Source: Mobula hypostoma (taxonomy: Eukaryota). From it: a stretch of DNA of 64,000 bases. Below are positions 48,205 through 60,229 of this stretch, in pieces. The number at the start of each line of letters is the position of its first letter. Position 1 is the first letter of the stretch. Under the pieces are notes generated by a model. The model was not told the origin of the DNA. It worked only from the letters and a program-made list of their open reading frames with translations, and searched no databases. The stretch covers positions 30,816,001-30,880,000 of the forward strand of contig NC_086097.1 in NCBI RefSeq assembly GCF_963921235.1, read 5' to 3'. Position numbers and translations under genes: made by a program.

Positions 48205-48612
48205 TGTGGGGAGTGATGGGGGATGGGGAGTGATAGGGGATGACGAGTGATGAAGAATGGGGAGTGATGGGTGATGGGGAGTGATGAGGAATGGGGAGTG
48301 ATGGAATGGGGAGTGATGGGGGATGGGGAGTGATAGGGGATGACAAGTGATGAAGAATGGGGAGTGATGGGTGATGGGGAGTGATGAGGAATGGGGAGAG
48401 ATAGGGATGGGGAGTGATGAGGAATGGGGAGAGATAGGGATGGGGAGTGATGAGGAATGGGGAGAGATAGGGATGGGGAGTGATGGGGATGGGGAGTGAT
48501 GGGAATGGGGAGTGATGGGAATGGGGAGTGATGGGGGAATGGGGAGTGATGGGGGATGGGGAGTGATGGGGGATGGGGAGTAATGGGGGATGGGGAGTGA
48601 TGAGGAATGGGA
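48205..48612 (+). repeat. 16-17-bp minisatellite ~(GGGGAGTGATGGGGAT)n
   Basis: About 24 tandem units with almost no C. Confidence 0.95.
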
Positions 48613-49569
48613 TTATACTGTGTTGGCTAATAAAGGGTGTAGAGAGTGAAAGGAGAGGGTATCAGATGGTCCAGGATGTTAAAGATTGAGGGGAGAGTGG
48701 GATTAGTATGTGTAAGGTATAAAGGGTGTGGGGGGGTGGAAGAAGGGGATTAGATCAGGTAACATAGTAAAGACCTAGACAAAACAGAACCTGTGAAAGC
48801 AACTACAGCAACTTCCAATCAAAGCAGGGAATTTTTCACCAAAACACTCAATACTTAAACACATCCTGATTTTGCATTCAAACTCAGCCTCTTAATCGTA
48901 GAACACAGAACATTACAGCACAGTACGATGTTGTGCTGACCTTTTAACCCACTCTACGATCAACCTAACCCTTCCCTCCCACATAGCCTTCCATTTCTCT
49001 GTCATCATGTTAGTTAACAGGCTTGACTGGCCCAGTCATATAACTAACCTGGAAAAGGACTGACACTAAATGACCACCTTCTGATGAACTCCTTTTGCAA
49101 TCCAAGAAAATGTGAACGATTGTACTTTAACATGCTTCTGCAGCCTGCTTCTCTGTAAACAACTCCGATAACCCAGGTAGGAGTGAGGCAAGTGGTGAAA
49201 GGATCTTTTAACACATCAATAATCACATGGAGCGTACCTCATACCATCAGTCACCTTGTATTTACTGTACACATTAATGAATGTGGTTGTGTTTATTCTC
49301 CAGCTGAACAGGGTTCACTGTCACTTGCGTTTGTTCCTTCGTAGATTTGGATTTGGATTAACAACCAAATATTCAGTGCATTTTCATGCCTAGTAGTAGA
49401 TATGTGACAATGATCAGTAATGTGCAGTAATTAATCTCCATTTTATGGCATGCAAGTAGTGACTTTAACAAACTAGTCCACAACAGCCCTAATTTCAGTC
49501 AGTCTTGATGGCATTGCTGGCCAATGTACAGGATAACTTTTTTAAAGACAGTAAAATTATCCTTAAGAA

Positions 49570-50290
49570 AGCATAACGGCTTGGTAATGCAATTGCTCTA
49601 CCTGTGACTACAAGAAGCTGCAGAGAGTTGTGGACAAAGCTCAGCACATCACAGGAAACAACCTCCACTCCAAGGAATCAGTCTATATTTCTTGATGCCT
49701 CAATAAAGCAGCCAGCATAATCAAAGCCCCTGACATTCTCTTTTCACACCTCTTCCATCAGAGAGAAGATACAAAAGCCTGAAAACACATACTACCAGGA
49801 CATCTTCTATTCTGCTGTTATGAGACTTGAGCCTCTTGTATGGTAAGGTGGATTCTTGGCCTCACAGTCTACCTCGTTATGATCGTGCAGTTTATTGTTT
49901 ACCTGCACTGCACTTTTTCTGTAGTGTTTACACTTAATTCTGCATTGTTATTGTTTTACCTTATTCCAGCTAAATGCACTGTGTTTGAGAACGTGTGGCA
50001 AGCTTTTTATTGTATCTTGGTACATGTCAGAGTCAAAGTAAATTTATTATCAAAGCACATATACTATCTTGAGATTCATTTTCTTGCAGGCATTTACAGG
50101 GAAATAAAGAAATCAACATAATTTATAAAAAACTATATATAAAAAAGACTGACAAACAATTAATGTGGCAAAAGACATGCAAGAGATTAATAAAACATAA
50201 ATAAGTAATACTGAGAACATTAGTTGCAGAGTCCTTGAATGTGAGTCTGTTCATTGTGGACTCATTTCAGGTGAATGAATTTATCTACAT
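49570..50290. mobile_element. Tail-to-tail Rex1/Babar 3' ends (+ ~49570-50028; - ~50030-50290)
   Basis: KKLQRVVDKAQHIT and KAASIIK on +, then the reversed tail caaagtaaatttattatcaaag. Confidence 0.78.
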
Positions 50291-50706
50291 GTAGGGCCAG
50301 AATAAGATTTAGAGAAATGGATACATGAAACATGACATCCCAAAATTATGCCCAAAACAGCAAGGATAAAGCATAGAGAGCGCTTCCTAGCAGTTATGAG
50401 CCAGAAAACTCTTAATAGAAGCTGGAAAACAGCAGGAAATTACTGATTTTAACTCACATCCTCCTAGTGCCCTTCTGCATGGGATAAGGTTACTGGTTTA
50501 GCCAACCTCATCCTGGCAGTGGGATGTCCTGAAATGCAAAAAAAAAGACATATCTGACATATCAGTTAAATTTCTGAAAAATGCAAATTTGGCCAATGAT
50601 ATTCATTCTTGCTTTGCTCTCCTCCCATCAGTTTCTTCTTGGTATTGATCTTTCAACATCCACCTAACTCTTCCAAAGCAAAGTTCGAAGTAAGTTTATT
50701 ACTGTA

Positions 50707-51224
50707 CACTCATTGGCTACTTTATTAGGTACATCTGCTCATTAATCAGCCAATCATGTGGCAACACCTCAATGCACAAAAGCATGCAAACATGGTCAAG
50801 AGGTTCAGTTGTTGTTCAGACCCAACGTCAGAATGAGGAAGAAATGTGATCTCAGTAACTTTGACAGTGGAATGATTGCTGATACCAGACTGTGCAGTTT
50901 GAATATCTCAGAAACTGCTGATCTCCTAGGGTAGCATGCAGAACAGTTTCTAGAGTTTACAGAGAACGGCATGATAAACAAAAAACACCCAGTGAGCAGC
51001 AGCTCTGTTGGCAAAGATGCCTTGTTAATGAGAAAGGTCAGAGGAGAATGGCCAGACTAGTTCAAGCTGATAAGAGGATGACAGTAACTCAAATATCCAT
51101 GCATTACAACATTGGTGTGTAGAAGAGCATTTCTGAATGCACACAATATTGAACCTTGAAGTGGATGAGCTAGGGCAGCAGAAGAACCGAACATGGAGGT
51201 ACCTTATAAAGTGGTCACTGAGTG
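50707..51224 (+). mobile_element. Internally deleted Tc1-like transposon with both TIRs and TA duplication
   Basis: TA-cactcattggctactttattaggtac ... gtaccttataaagtggtcactgagtg-TA. Decayed N-terminus reads MRKKCDLSNFDSGMI...ISETADLLG...RRMARLVQAD, with no DDE domain. Confidence 0.92.
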
Positions 51225-51783
51225 TATATGTCAGCGAATATTATGAGATCCATTTTCTTGCAGACATTCACAGGAAAATAAAGAAATACAATTTAATTTA
51301 TGAAAAACTATAAATAACAAAGACTGACAAACAACCAATGTGCAAAAGAAGACAAATAATGAAAATAAATAAATAATACTGAGTTGTCGAGTCCTTGTAA
51401 GTGGAATCAGTTCAGAGTTGAGGTGAGTGAAGTTATCCACACGGTTCAGAAACCTGATGGTTGTAGAGTAATAACTGTTCTTGAACCTCATGGTATGGGA
51501 CCGAAGACTTCAGTACCTCCTGCCCGATGGTAGTAGTGAGAAGGAAGCATAGCTTGGATGTTGGGGGTCCTTGATCTTGATGATGTTTTCCTTTGGCAGC
51601 TCTCCTTGTAAATATGCTCAGTGATGGGGAGGGCTTTGCCGTTCCTGAGCACTGGTGTTTCCATACCAGGCCACGATGCAACCAGTCAGAACACTACTCT
51701 CCACTCTGCATCTACAGAAGTTTGTCAGTTTTAGATGGCATGTTTAATCTACACAAATTTCTAAGCAAGTAGAGCACTGTTGT

Positions 51784-52016
51784 CCAGCTCTTGGCTCCAT
51801 CCCTCCCCCTCCTGTCTTCTCCTATCATTTTGGATCTCCCCCTCCCCCACCCACTTTCAAATCTCTTACTAGCTCTTCCTTCAGTTAGTCCTGACGAAGG
51901 GTCTCAGCCTGAAATGTCAACTGTACCTCTTCCTAGAGATGCTGCCTGGCCTGCTGCGTTCACCAGCAATTTTGATGTGTGTTGCTTGAATTTCCAGCAT
52001 CTGTAAAATTCCTCAT
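51784..52016 (+). mobile_element. Short Penelope-like end with hammerhead motif (51886-51923) and 15-bp target duplication
   Basis: GTAGAGCACTGTTGT occurs at 51769-51783 and 52017-52031. CTGACGA is at 51891 and GAAA at 51911. Confidence 0.88.
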
Positions 52017-52139
52017 GTAGAGCACTGTTGTGCCTTCTTTGAAATGGCACATACACTGTAAGCATTTTGATAAGGCACAAGCACATTACGTTACATTGCA
52101 CTGGGTATTGTGATTGTAGATGTGCTATGCCTTTAAGAA

Positions 52140-52330
52140 CAAAAGGACTGAGTGGTGTAACAACCACAAACCGAAGTTTCCACTTGCGCCAAGGATCCTG
52201 GGCCCTTCCATGGCCGCAAAAGTAACAGGAAATGACTGGTGCTTTCCTTTTGGATGCGAAGTACTTGGGGACTTCCTGAGGATGTTAATGAAGCTATAGG
52301 AAGTCCAGTTCCTGGTTTGCTTTCTTATTG
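52140..52330. promoter_or_regulatory. Candidate enhancer (ETS/RUNX/NF-kB motif cluster)
   Basis: AACCACA 52162, CAGGAAAT 52226, GGGGACTTCC 52267, ACTTCCTG 52271, AGGAAGT 52298 and TTCCTG 52309, all in non-repeat sequence. Confidence 0.35.
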
Positions 52331-52370
52331 AAGGGAGAATCCTAGGTGAAACAACCAGTCAGGGAGAGGC

Positions 52371-53425
52371 ACATAGAATAGCACAAAACAGTAACAGGCA
52401 CTTAGCCAACAATGCCTGTGCTGAACACCATGCCAAATTAAATTAAATCCTGGAGGAGCTCAGCACATCAGGCAGATCCTGACGAATCTCTTGCGTCTCC
52501 AGTGTGTTCCAGATTCCACTTCGAATGATAGATGGTATAACTTTGAGTCCTAATGAAGTCTCGCCCCAAAACATTGACAGTTTATTCCTCTCCATAGACA
52601 CTACTTGCCCTGCAGAGTTTCTCTGTGTGTGTATTGCTCTGGATTTCCAGCATCTGCAGAATCTCTTATGTAAACTGAATCCTGCCTGCCTGTCTGCCAG
52701 TGATCCAAATCCCTCCATTTTCTGCATATTCATGTATCTATCTGAAAGCCTCTTAAATCCTCTGTCATATCTGCTTTCTACACAACCCTTGTCAGCCTGT
52801 TCCAGGAATCCACTGCTCTTCATGTTAAAAAGCTTGCTCCACACATGTCCCTTAAACTATTTTCCCTATCATCTTAAAGTTATGCCCTCTAGTATTCAAA
52901 GAGGAATATGGAACATACTGGATGCACCAGACACTGGAATCTGGAGCAACAATCTGCAGGAGAAACTCAACCGGTTGAGCAACATCTATGGGATGACTGG
53001 AATTGTCGACAAAGTCCTCATGCAAGGTTTCGACCTGAAATGTCAACAACCCCTTTCCACCGACAGAAGCTGCATAACCCGCTGAGTTCCAGAATATTGT
53101 TTTGTTGCTCTAAATCACATTCAGAATGAAGAGACTCTCATAACACTTAAGACCAGGTGAAGGGGAAGGTGGTTGCCCACCTATACAAGGGACAATTTAC
53201 GGTTTACAAAGCACCTGATTTCACCTATCACCTGCCAGTTTAGACTCTTTCCCCTCCCCCCTTCTAATTCTGGCTTCTGCCCCCTTCCTTTCCAGTCAGA
53301 TGAAGGGTCTCAGCCTGAAATATTGACTGCTTATACCCCTCCATAGATGCTGCTTCACATGTAGAGTTCCTCCAGCATTTTGTATGCGTCACTCAAGATT
53401 TCCAGCATCTGCAGACTCTTGTGTC
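52371..53425. mobile_element. Cluster of a CR1 3' end (-) and three decayed Penelope-like ends (~52445-52672, ~52925-53115, ~53135-53425)
   Basis: Repeated gatttccagcatctgcaga termini, degenerate hammerhead cores (ctaatga, ctcatgc, cagatga), and CR1 NTRGHNFKMIG. Confidence 0.75.
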
Positions 53426-54085
53426 AGCTGGTCATTGACTTCAGTAAGCGGGGCAGAGCGCACACCCCTGTAGGTATCGATGGCGTTGAAGTGGAGATAG
53501 TTGAAGAGCCTCAAGTTCATGGATGAAAATATCACCACTTATTTGTTCTGGACGACCACAGAGATGTCATGGCCAAGAAAGCACAACAATGCCTCTATTT
53601 CCTCAGAAGGCTAAGGAAATACAATATATTCAGTGTCATTCACTGACTCTCACCAGCATTTATAGATGCCCACTGAAAGCATCCCATCCTGTTACATCAT
53701 AGCTTGGTATGGCAACTGCTCTGCCCAAGACTGCAAAGTTCTGCAGAGTTGCAGATACAGTCCAGTCCATCAAAGAAATCAGTCTCTTCTCTATGGACTC
53801 CATCTGTAATTCTTGCTGCCTCATAAAAACAGCCAGCTCAATCAAAGGCCCCTCCCACCCCAGACATTCTATCTTCTCCATTCTTCTCGTGGAGGAGGAG
53901 ATGAAAAAGCTGAAAACATGTGCTGCCAGGCTCAAGGACAGCATCTATCCCGCGACTATAACTCTGTTATACCTCTTCTATAATTTAAAATGAACTCTTG
54001 ACCTCACAATCTTCCTCACAGTAGCCCCCATCCACCAACACTTCACTTTTGCTGTAACTGTAACACTAGATTCTGCATTCTGCTA
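53426..54085 (+). mobile_element. Rex1/Babar LINE 3' fragment
   Basis: VIDFSK, AKKAQQCLYFLRRLRK, AWYGNCSAQD and RLKDSIYPATITLL. Confidence 0.85.
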
Positions 54086-54087
54086 TT

Positions 54088-54390
54088 GGTAGCACAGCAG
54101 CATAACAGTTTGTGTACACTACTGCAGTGCTAGTGATCAGCAATCAAAGTTCAATTTCCATTGCTGTCCGTTAGGAGTTTGTATATTCTCACCATAACCG
54201 TATGGGTTTCCTCCCACATTCGAAGCACACACGGATAACGATTTGTAAGTTGTGGGCATCCTATGTTGGTGCCGGAACCATGGCAACACTTGTGGGCTGC
54301 CCCCACCACATATTCAGACTGTGTTGGTCATTGATGTAAATGACACATTTCACTGCAAGTTTGATGTACATGTGACAAAGCTAATCTTTT
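54088..54390 (+). mobile_element. V-SINE
   Basis: Head, gggtttcctcccacatt core and gatgtacatgtgacaaagctaatct tail. Confidence 0.82.
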
Positions 54391-54494
54391 TCGTTGTACT
54401 ACTTCGAAGTGTTTTGAAATTATCTGTACAAATGTCTTGCAAAACTAAGATTGTCCACTGTGTCATGGTATGTGTGAGAATAATAAACTAATAC

Positions 54495-54890
54495 CATGAG
54501 TGTTGTGTGCATTTCTGGTCACAGAATCACAGGAAGGATGTGGAGGCTTTGGAGAGGGTGCAAAGAGGTTCACCAGATGCTGCCTGGATTAGAGAGTATC
54601 TGCTATATGGAAAGGTTGCACAAATTTAGACTGCATTCTCTGGAGCATTGGAGTTTGAGGGATGACCTGATAGAAATTTATATATTTATGAGAGACGTAG
54701 TCAGTGTCTTTCTCCATGGTTATAGATATATAGTCAAGAAGAAAGTTGAAAAGAGATGTGCAGTCTAAGGTTTATTTTTACATAGAGTGGTAGGTGCTTG
54801 GAACGGGCTTCCAATGGAGATGGTAGTAGATACGATAGTGACATTTAAGGGGCATTTAGACAGATACACAAGCACTGAGGGATGTGCAGA
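54495..54890 (+). mobile_element. CR1 3' fragment
   Basis: MLPGLESICYMERLHKFRLHSLEHWSLRDDLIEIY. Confidence 0.85.
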
Positions 54891-54899
54891 CGTGAAGGG

Positions 54900-55216
54900 T
54901 GGCATGAAAGCATAGTGGTTACTGTCATTATTACAGAATCAGTGATCAGGATTCAAATCCCACCACTGTCAATAAGGAGTTTGTACATTCTCCCCATGAC
55001 TGTGTGGGTTTTCTCCAGGTGTGCCGGTTTCTTCCCACATTCCAAAGATGTATGGGTTCGGGTTAGTGAGTTCTGGGCATGCTATGTTGGCAGCGGAAAC
55101 ATACTGACACTTGCAGACACCCCCACCCCCACATTCTCGGACAGTGTTGGTTGTTAATGCAAACAACATATTTCACTGTATGTTTCAATGGACATGTGAC
55201 AAGTATAGCTAATCTG
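54900..55216 (+). mobile_element. V-SINE
   Basis: ttctccccatgactgtgtgggttttctccaggtgtgccggtttcttcccacattccaaaga. Confidence 0.85.
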
Positions 55217-56410
55217 TAAAAATGACTACCTTTATTTTTATCCAAGTAGCTGTTCAAAAATCTTTTGAATGCTGTAATTGTGCAAAACTCCAAAATAAAA
55301 ATCCAGCATAAGAGCATAAAACCTTGAAATTGCAGCCTAGCTGTTAGAGGAAAAAGGGAAAGTCTCCTTAACTGAAAGGGTGTGTCTTCCTTCCTGTCTT
55401 GACAAAATCATGCCTGCAGGTCAGTTACAAAGTGCAAACTGGAAGTGACAAACCCTAGTTTTGTACAACAAGGGACATTAAGAGATAGGGAGCAATACCT
55501 CTACCCATTAACCCACCCCACCACTACATCCATTTCAGCCACTCCTCTCCACTACCCCTCAGCACCCTCCTTTCCCCCCATGCGCTGCCACATGACACTC
55601 ACACTGCACACCTCATAACTGCACTGACAGTCACTGTCCTGCTGTGATTTCATGTGCCCTGCCGCTACTTAGAGGAGTTCCTCTTGCCGAGAGTCACTTT
55701 ATCATTTCCTGTCAGTCACCTTATGTTCAGATACTCCTGCACCTAGTGTCATTTTATGTAAATATAATCCGTCTATGTATATATGCTGTCTTATAAATAT
55801 ATGGGCATACTCAAACAGTTACTTACACATTGTGTTTCAAAGGATTGCCTTTATTTGTATTTATTGTGTTTTATGCTTATTGCATTTTTTATGTTGCATT
55901 GGATCGGGTCCTTATACACTGGTGCACTGAAGAATGACAATAAGCCATCCTGAATCTTGAAATAACCAAAGTTAAGATAAGGAACTCAGAGAAAAAGGGT
56001 AAACAGGGTTGAATGCCTTTGTCTGTCCCAAAGTGGAAAACCTGATCTTCCATACATAGTCAGTTTTCATGTTACAGAAAACCAGAGACAGGAAAGCTAA
56101 CTGCTGCTGTATAATGCAGCCACAAACATGTTGGAGGATGGGAGTGTAATGAAACAGAGGATATAATTAACACCCTGCTTTATTAAATCTCCACCACAAG
56201 TTCACAGGTATGCATCCTGGACAGCTGTGCTCCACCTTCAGTAATATATCACAAGTTATCAGAAACTGATCTCATTCCATTTCCAGCTTAACAACCCTCT
56301 AGTGCTTCTTCATTTCCTGAATTTCAGCCTGGACATATTATCTTTGCACTCTCCTATGTAATTGAGCAACCAATGCATTATAAAGTGAATGTTGGAAAAT
56401 CACCCGGCTT

Positions 56411-57362
56411 AAGACCACAAGACATAGGAGCAGAATTAGACCATTTGGCCCATCAAGTCTACTCCCTCCGAACACCATTCTCCTACCTTCTCCCCATAGC
56501 TTCTGATGCCATAACTAATCAAGAGCTCATCAAACTCCGCCTTAAATGTACCCAATGACTTGGCCTCCACAGTTGTTCATAGCAATAAATTCCACAGATT
56601 CACCACCCTCTGGCTAATGAAATCCCTCCTCATCTCTGTTCTACAGGGCCATCCTTGTATTCTAAGCTCCTAGACTCACCCACTACAAGAAATATTCTCT
56701 CCACATCTGTTCTGTCTAGGCATTTCAATATTCAGTAATATTCAATGAGATCCACCCCTCAGTTCTTCTAATCCAGCAGGCTATCAGGTGCTCCTCATAC
56801 ATTAACCCTTTCATTACCAGAATTATTTTCCTGAACCTCCTCTGGACCTTCTCCAATGCCAGCACATCTTTTCTTAGATAAGGGGCCCAAAACTGTTCAC
56901 AATACTCCAAGTGTGGTCTGACCAATGCCTTATAAAGCCTCAGCATTACATCCTTGGTTATTATTCTAATCCTCTCAAAATGACTGCTAACATTGCACTT
57001 GCCTTCCTTGCCATTGACATAACCTGCAAGTTAATCTGTAGGGAATCCTGCACAAGGACTCCCAACTCCCTTTGCACCTCTGATTTTTGAATTTTCTCAC
57101 CATTTAGAAAACAGTCTCTGCCTTTATTCCTCCTACCAAAGTGTATGACCATACACTCCTCTACATTATATTCCACCTGCCTCTTCTTTGCCCATTCTCC
57201 TACTCTATCTAAGTCCTTCTGCAAACTCCCTGCTTCCTCCAACACTACCTGCCCCTCCATCTATCTTCATGTTATCAACAAACTTAAGTCATCAATTCCA
57301 TCATCCAAACAATTGACGTATAATGTGAAAAGAAGTGATCCCAATAGTCACTGGCAGCCTTA
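56411..57362 (-). mobile_element. CR1 RT and 3' end
   Basis: MLRLYKALVRPHLEYCEQFWAPYLRKDVLALEKVQRRF and LQKDLDRVGEWAK. Confidence 0.92.
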
Positions 57363-58084
57363 AAAAATACTAAAAGACCCAGATTCAACTGTCCTTGAGG
57401 AACAGCCTTCCAAAATTCTTATGTCCCTCTGAGAGAAAATTGTTTGTCTGTTTTAAATAGGCAACTTTTTTTAAGAGACACGGAGAAATACAGGACTAAA
57501 ACAGGCTCTTTGGCCCATCTAGTCCATGGCAAAACCATTTCAACTGCCTACAACTTCTTGGAAGGGGTGCTAAAAATAAAGTGACATAGGTTTAAGATCA
57601 GAGGCGAGAGATATAAAGGGACATCTGGGGCAGCTTCTTCCTGCAAAGGGTTGTGTGCATTCGGAATGAGCTGCCAGAAACAATGGTTGAGGTGGCCACA
57701 TTAACAACATTTAAAACCCATCTAGGTATGTACTAGGATAGAAGAGGTTTTGGGGGCTGTGGGTTAAACACAGCCAGATGGGCTGAAGGGCCTGTTTCCA
57801 TGTCTGTATAAATCTATGACTCTGTAACAGAGGTACTCTACAAAAGGAAACAGTGTCTTGGCATTGACCGGTCAAGAACCCTGAAGATTTTTAAGAGCTT
57901 CAATTATCCCTGTTCATTCTTCTAAACCCCTGTGATTACAAGTCTCATCTGTCCAACCTTTCCCAACAAGACAACCTGCTTATTCCAGTTATAAGTCGAG
58001 GAGACCTTCCAAGGAGATGCTTTTAATTCATTTCTATCCTACCTGAAAGACGGAAATCAGTACTGTGCACAACCATCTTAAGTA

Positions 58085-58462
58085 TCAAGGATGACTTGAC
58101 TCCACTTGGTTCTACAGGTTTCTAGATGACTATAGAGGTTCATGTCATAATTGCAGACTCTTCCACAGATGGGTCAGATGGTGGTTGACAAGCTGAGAGG
58201 GGGTGTGGTGTAGACAATTTGTGTCTCCTTCCACTGCTTATGCAAGGTCTCCTTGAGGTGTGGAATACTAATTTTCCATTTTGAGCTGACTTGGTCCAGA
58301 CCTTTTCAGGAATCAATGGGGATGTTGCCCATCATCAAAGAAGCTCTGATCACATTCTTCACTCACCTTCTCTGCTATCTGGTCATCTATCATCACAGAA
58401 CTAAGGCCATCTGTCTCTGGAAGCTGGAATCAGGCATGGGACTAACCCAATGAAGCTGACTG
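58085..58462 (-). mobile_element. RTE-clade LINE 3' end, old
   Basis: Minus strand reads QLHWV..MPDS, KNVIRASL..NIPIDS and terminal ICGRVC....LYSHL. Confidence 0.7.
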
Positions 58463-58479
58463 AAAGTAAGTGCAGTATT

Positions 58480-59150
58480 TTTTAGATGGCACACAGAGTA
58501 GTCATTCCATTCCAGTGGCAGAGAGAATGAATTTTTAGAATGATTAATGGGGTGCCAATTAAGTGGGCTATTTTGTCTCAGAGAGAGTCAAGTTCCTTGC
58601 TGGAAATGAACTCATCCAGGCAACTGGAGAGTATTCCATTATGTTTCCGATTTGAGCTTTGTAGATGCTAAAAATAATTCACTCATTGCCCAGCCTCATA
58701 CCTACAATATTTATGTGTCTGATTTCATAGAGTTTTGTGTCAGTAAAAAATAGCTTTATTTACATCATGTACATCAAAAGATTAAAAATTAAACCTGAAA
58801 TGCATCATTTGTGTCAATGACCAACACAGTCCAAGAATGTGTTGGGGGCAGCCCACAAATATTGCCATGCTTCCAATGCCAACATAACATACCCAACTTA
58901 CTTACAACCCCTAACACATATGTCTTTGGAATATAAGAGGAAACCCACGTGATAATGGGAAGAACGTACAAATCCTTATACAATAGACAGCAATGGGAAA
59001 TGAACCCCAACTGCTGATGCTGTAAAGTGTTGGACTGACCATTATGCTACCATGTCACCCATAATATTGGCTGATGATGTTAAACTTGGCAATAGAAATC
59101 ACAGATTCCCTCTTGTCAAAGACTGTCATTGCTTGACACTTTTGTGCTAT
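58480..59150 (-). mobile_element. Old CR1-group LINE RT fragment, split by a V-SINE
   Basis: Minus strand reads IYKAQIGNIMEYSPVAWMS and KCQAMTVFDKRES. Confidence 0.6.
58752..59058 (-). mobile_element. V-SINE
   Basis: Reverse complement of the 54088 and 54900 copies. Confidence 0.82.
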
Positions 59151-59154
59151 CACT

Positions 59155-59615
59155 AGTTTATGAGGATAGGTTGAACAAGCTAGGGCTTTTCTCTCTGCAA
59201 TGAAGGAGGATGAGAGGTGACCTAATAGAGGTGCACAAAGTGATAAGAGACATAGATAGACTGGTAGAGTGGACAGCCAAAGACTTTACCCAAGGTGGAA
59301 ATGGCTGATACAAGGGGGCATAATTTTAAGGTAGTTGGAGAAAGTATAGTATTCTGGGGGATGGGGTGATGTCAGAGGTTAACTTCTTTTTATACAGAAA
59401 GTGGTGGGTGCATGGAACATGCTGCCAAGGATAGTGGTAGAGGCAGATACATTAGGGGCATTTAAGAAACTCTTAGATAGGCAGATGATGATAGAAAAAT
59501 GGAGGGCTCCATAGGAAGAAAGGGTTAGATTAATCGTAGAGTAGGTTGAAAGGCTGGCACAACATTGTGGACCAAAGGGCCGGTACTGTGCTGTAATATT
59601 CTAAGTTCTATGTTC
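59155..59615 (+). mobile_element. CR1 3' end
   Basis: YEDRLNKLGLFSL..RRMRGDLIEVHK plus 3' UTR. Confidence 0.88.
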
Positions 59616-60229
59616 AATTTCTTCCACAATTTGGGATATCCCAAAGCACTTTACAATCAATGAGTTTGTTCAGATGTATTCACAATGGTACTAATTTAGA
59701 TATGTAAGGTATCTCTGACTTAAGAAAGAGTATTTCTGGTTGAACAAGTTCAGACAGCAGTGTTTAATGGTGATGAAGCAACCCAGTTACCAAGGTATGC
59801 AGTCCACGTTTGGCTGCAATAGAGTGGGATAAGTCAGCAAGACAGCCTTATAAACCAGGATCTTTGTCAACTACTGTTTTGGAAGACATGTTGACGAAAG
59901 CACAGCTAACATCAAGTGACAAACACGGGAAAAGATTGTGGGAATCAGAGGGAGCTGAATGGCTTATAATCTTATTCTCTCCTCCGTTGACTCAGTCTAC
60001 ATTTCTCACTGTCTCAGTAAAGCAGGCAACATAATCAAAGACCCCACCCACCCCAGACATTCTCCTTTTCACCTCTCTCACCTGGCAGAAGATACAAAGA
60101 CCTGAAAGCACGTACCACCAAGCACATCACATCTTCTATCCCACTGCCTTAAGGTTCCTGAATGAACCTCTTATAAGATGAACTCTTAGCCTCACAATCT
60201 ACCTTGTAATCATCTTGCACTTTATAGAT

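Larger units (their letters stand above)
50680..52050 (-). mobile_element. Rex1/Babar 3' fragment hosting a Tc1 (50707-51224) and a Penelope-like end (51784-52016)
   Basis: Tail aagttcgaagtaagtttatt resumes at 51227. RFKNSYYSTTIRFLN on the minus strand. Confidence 0.82.
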
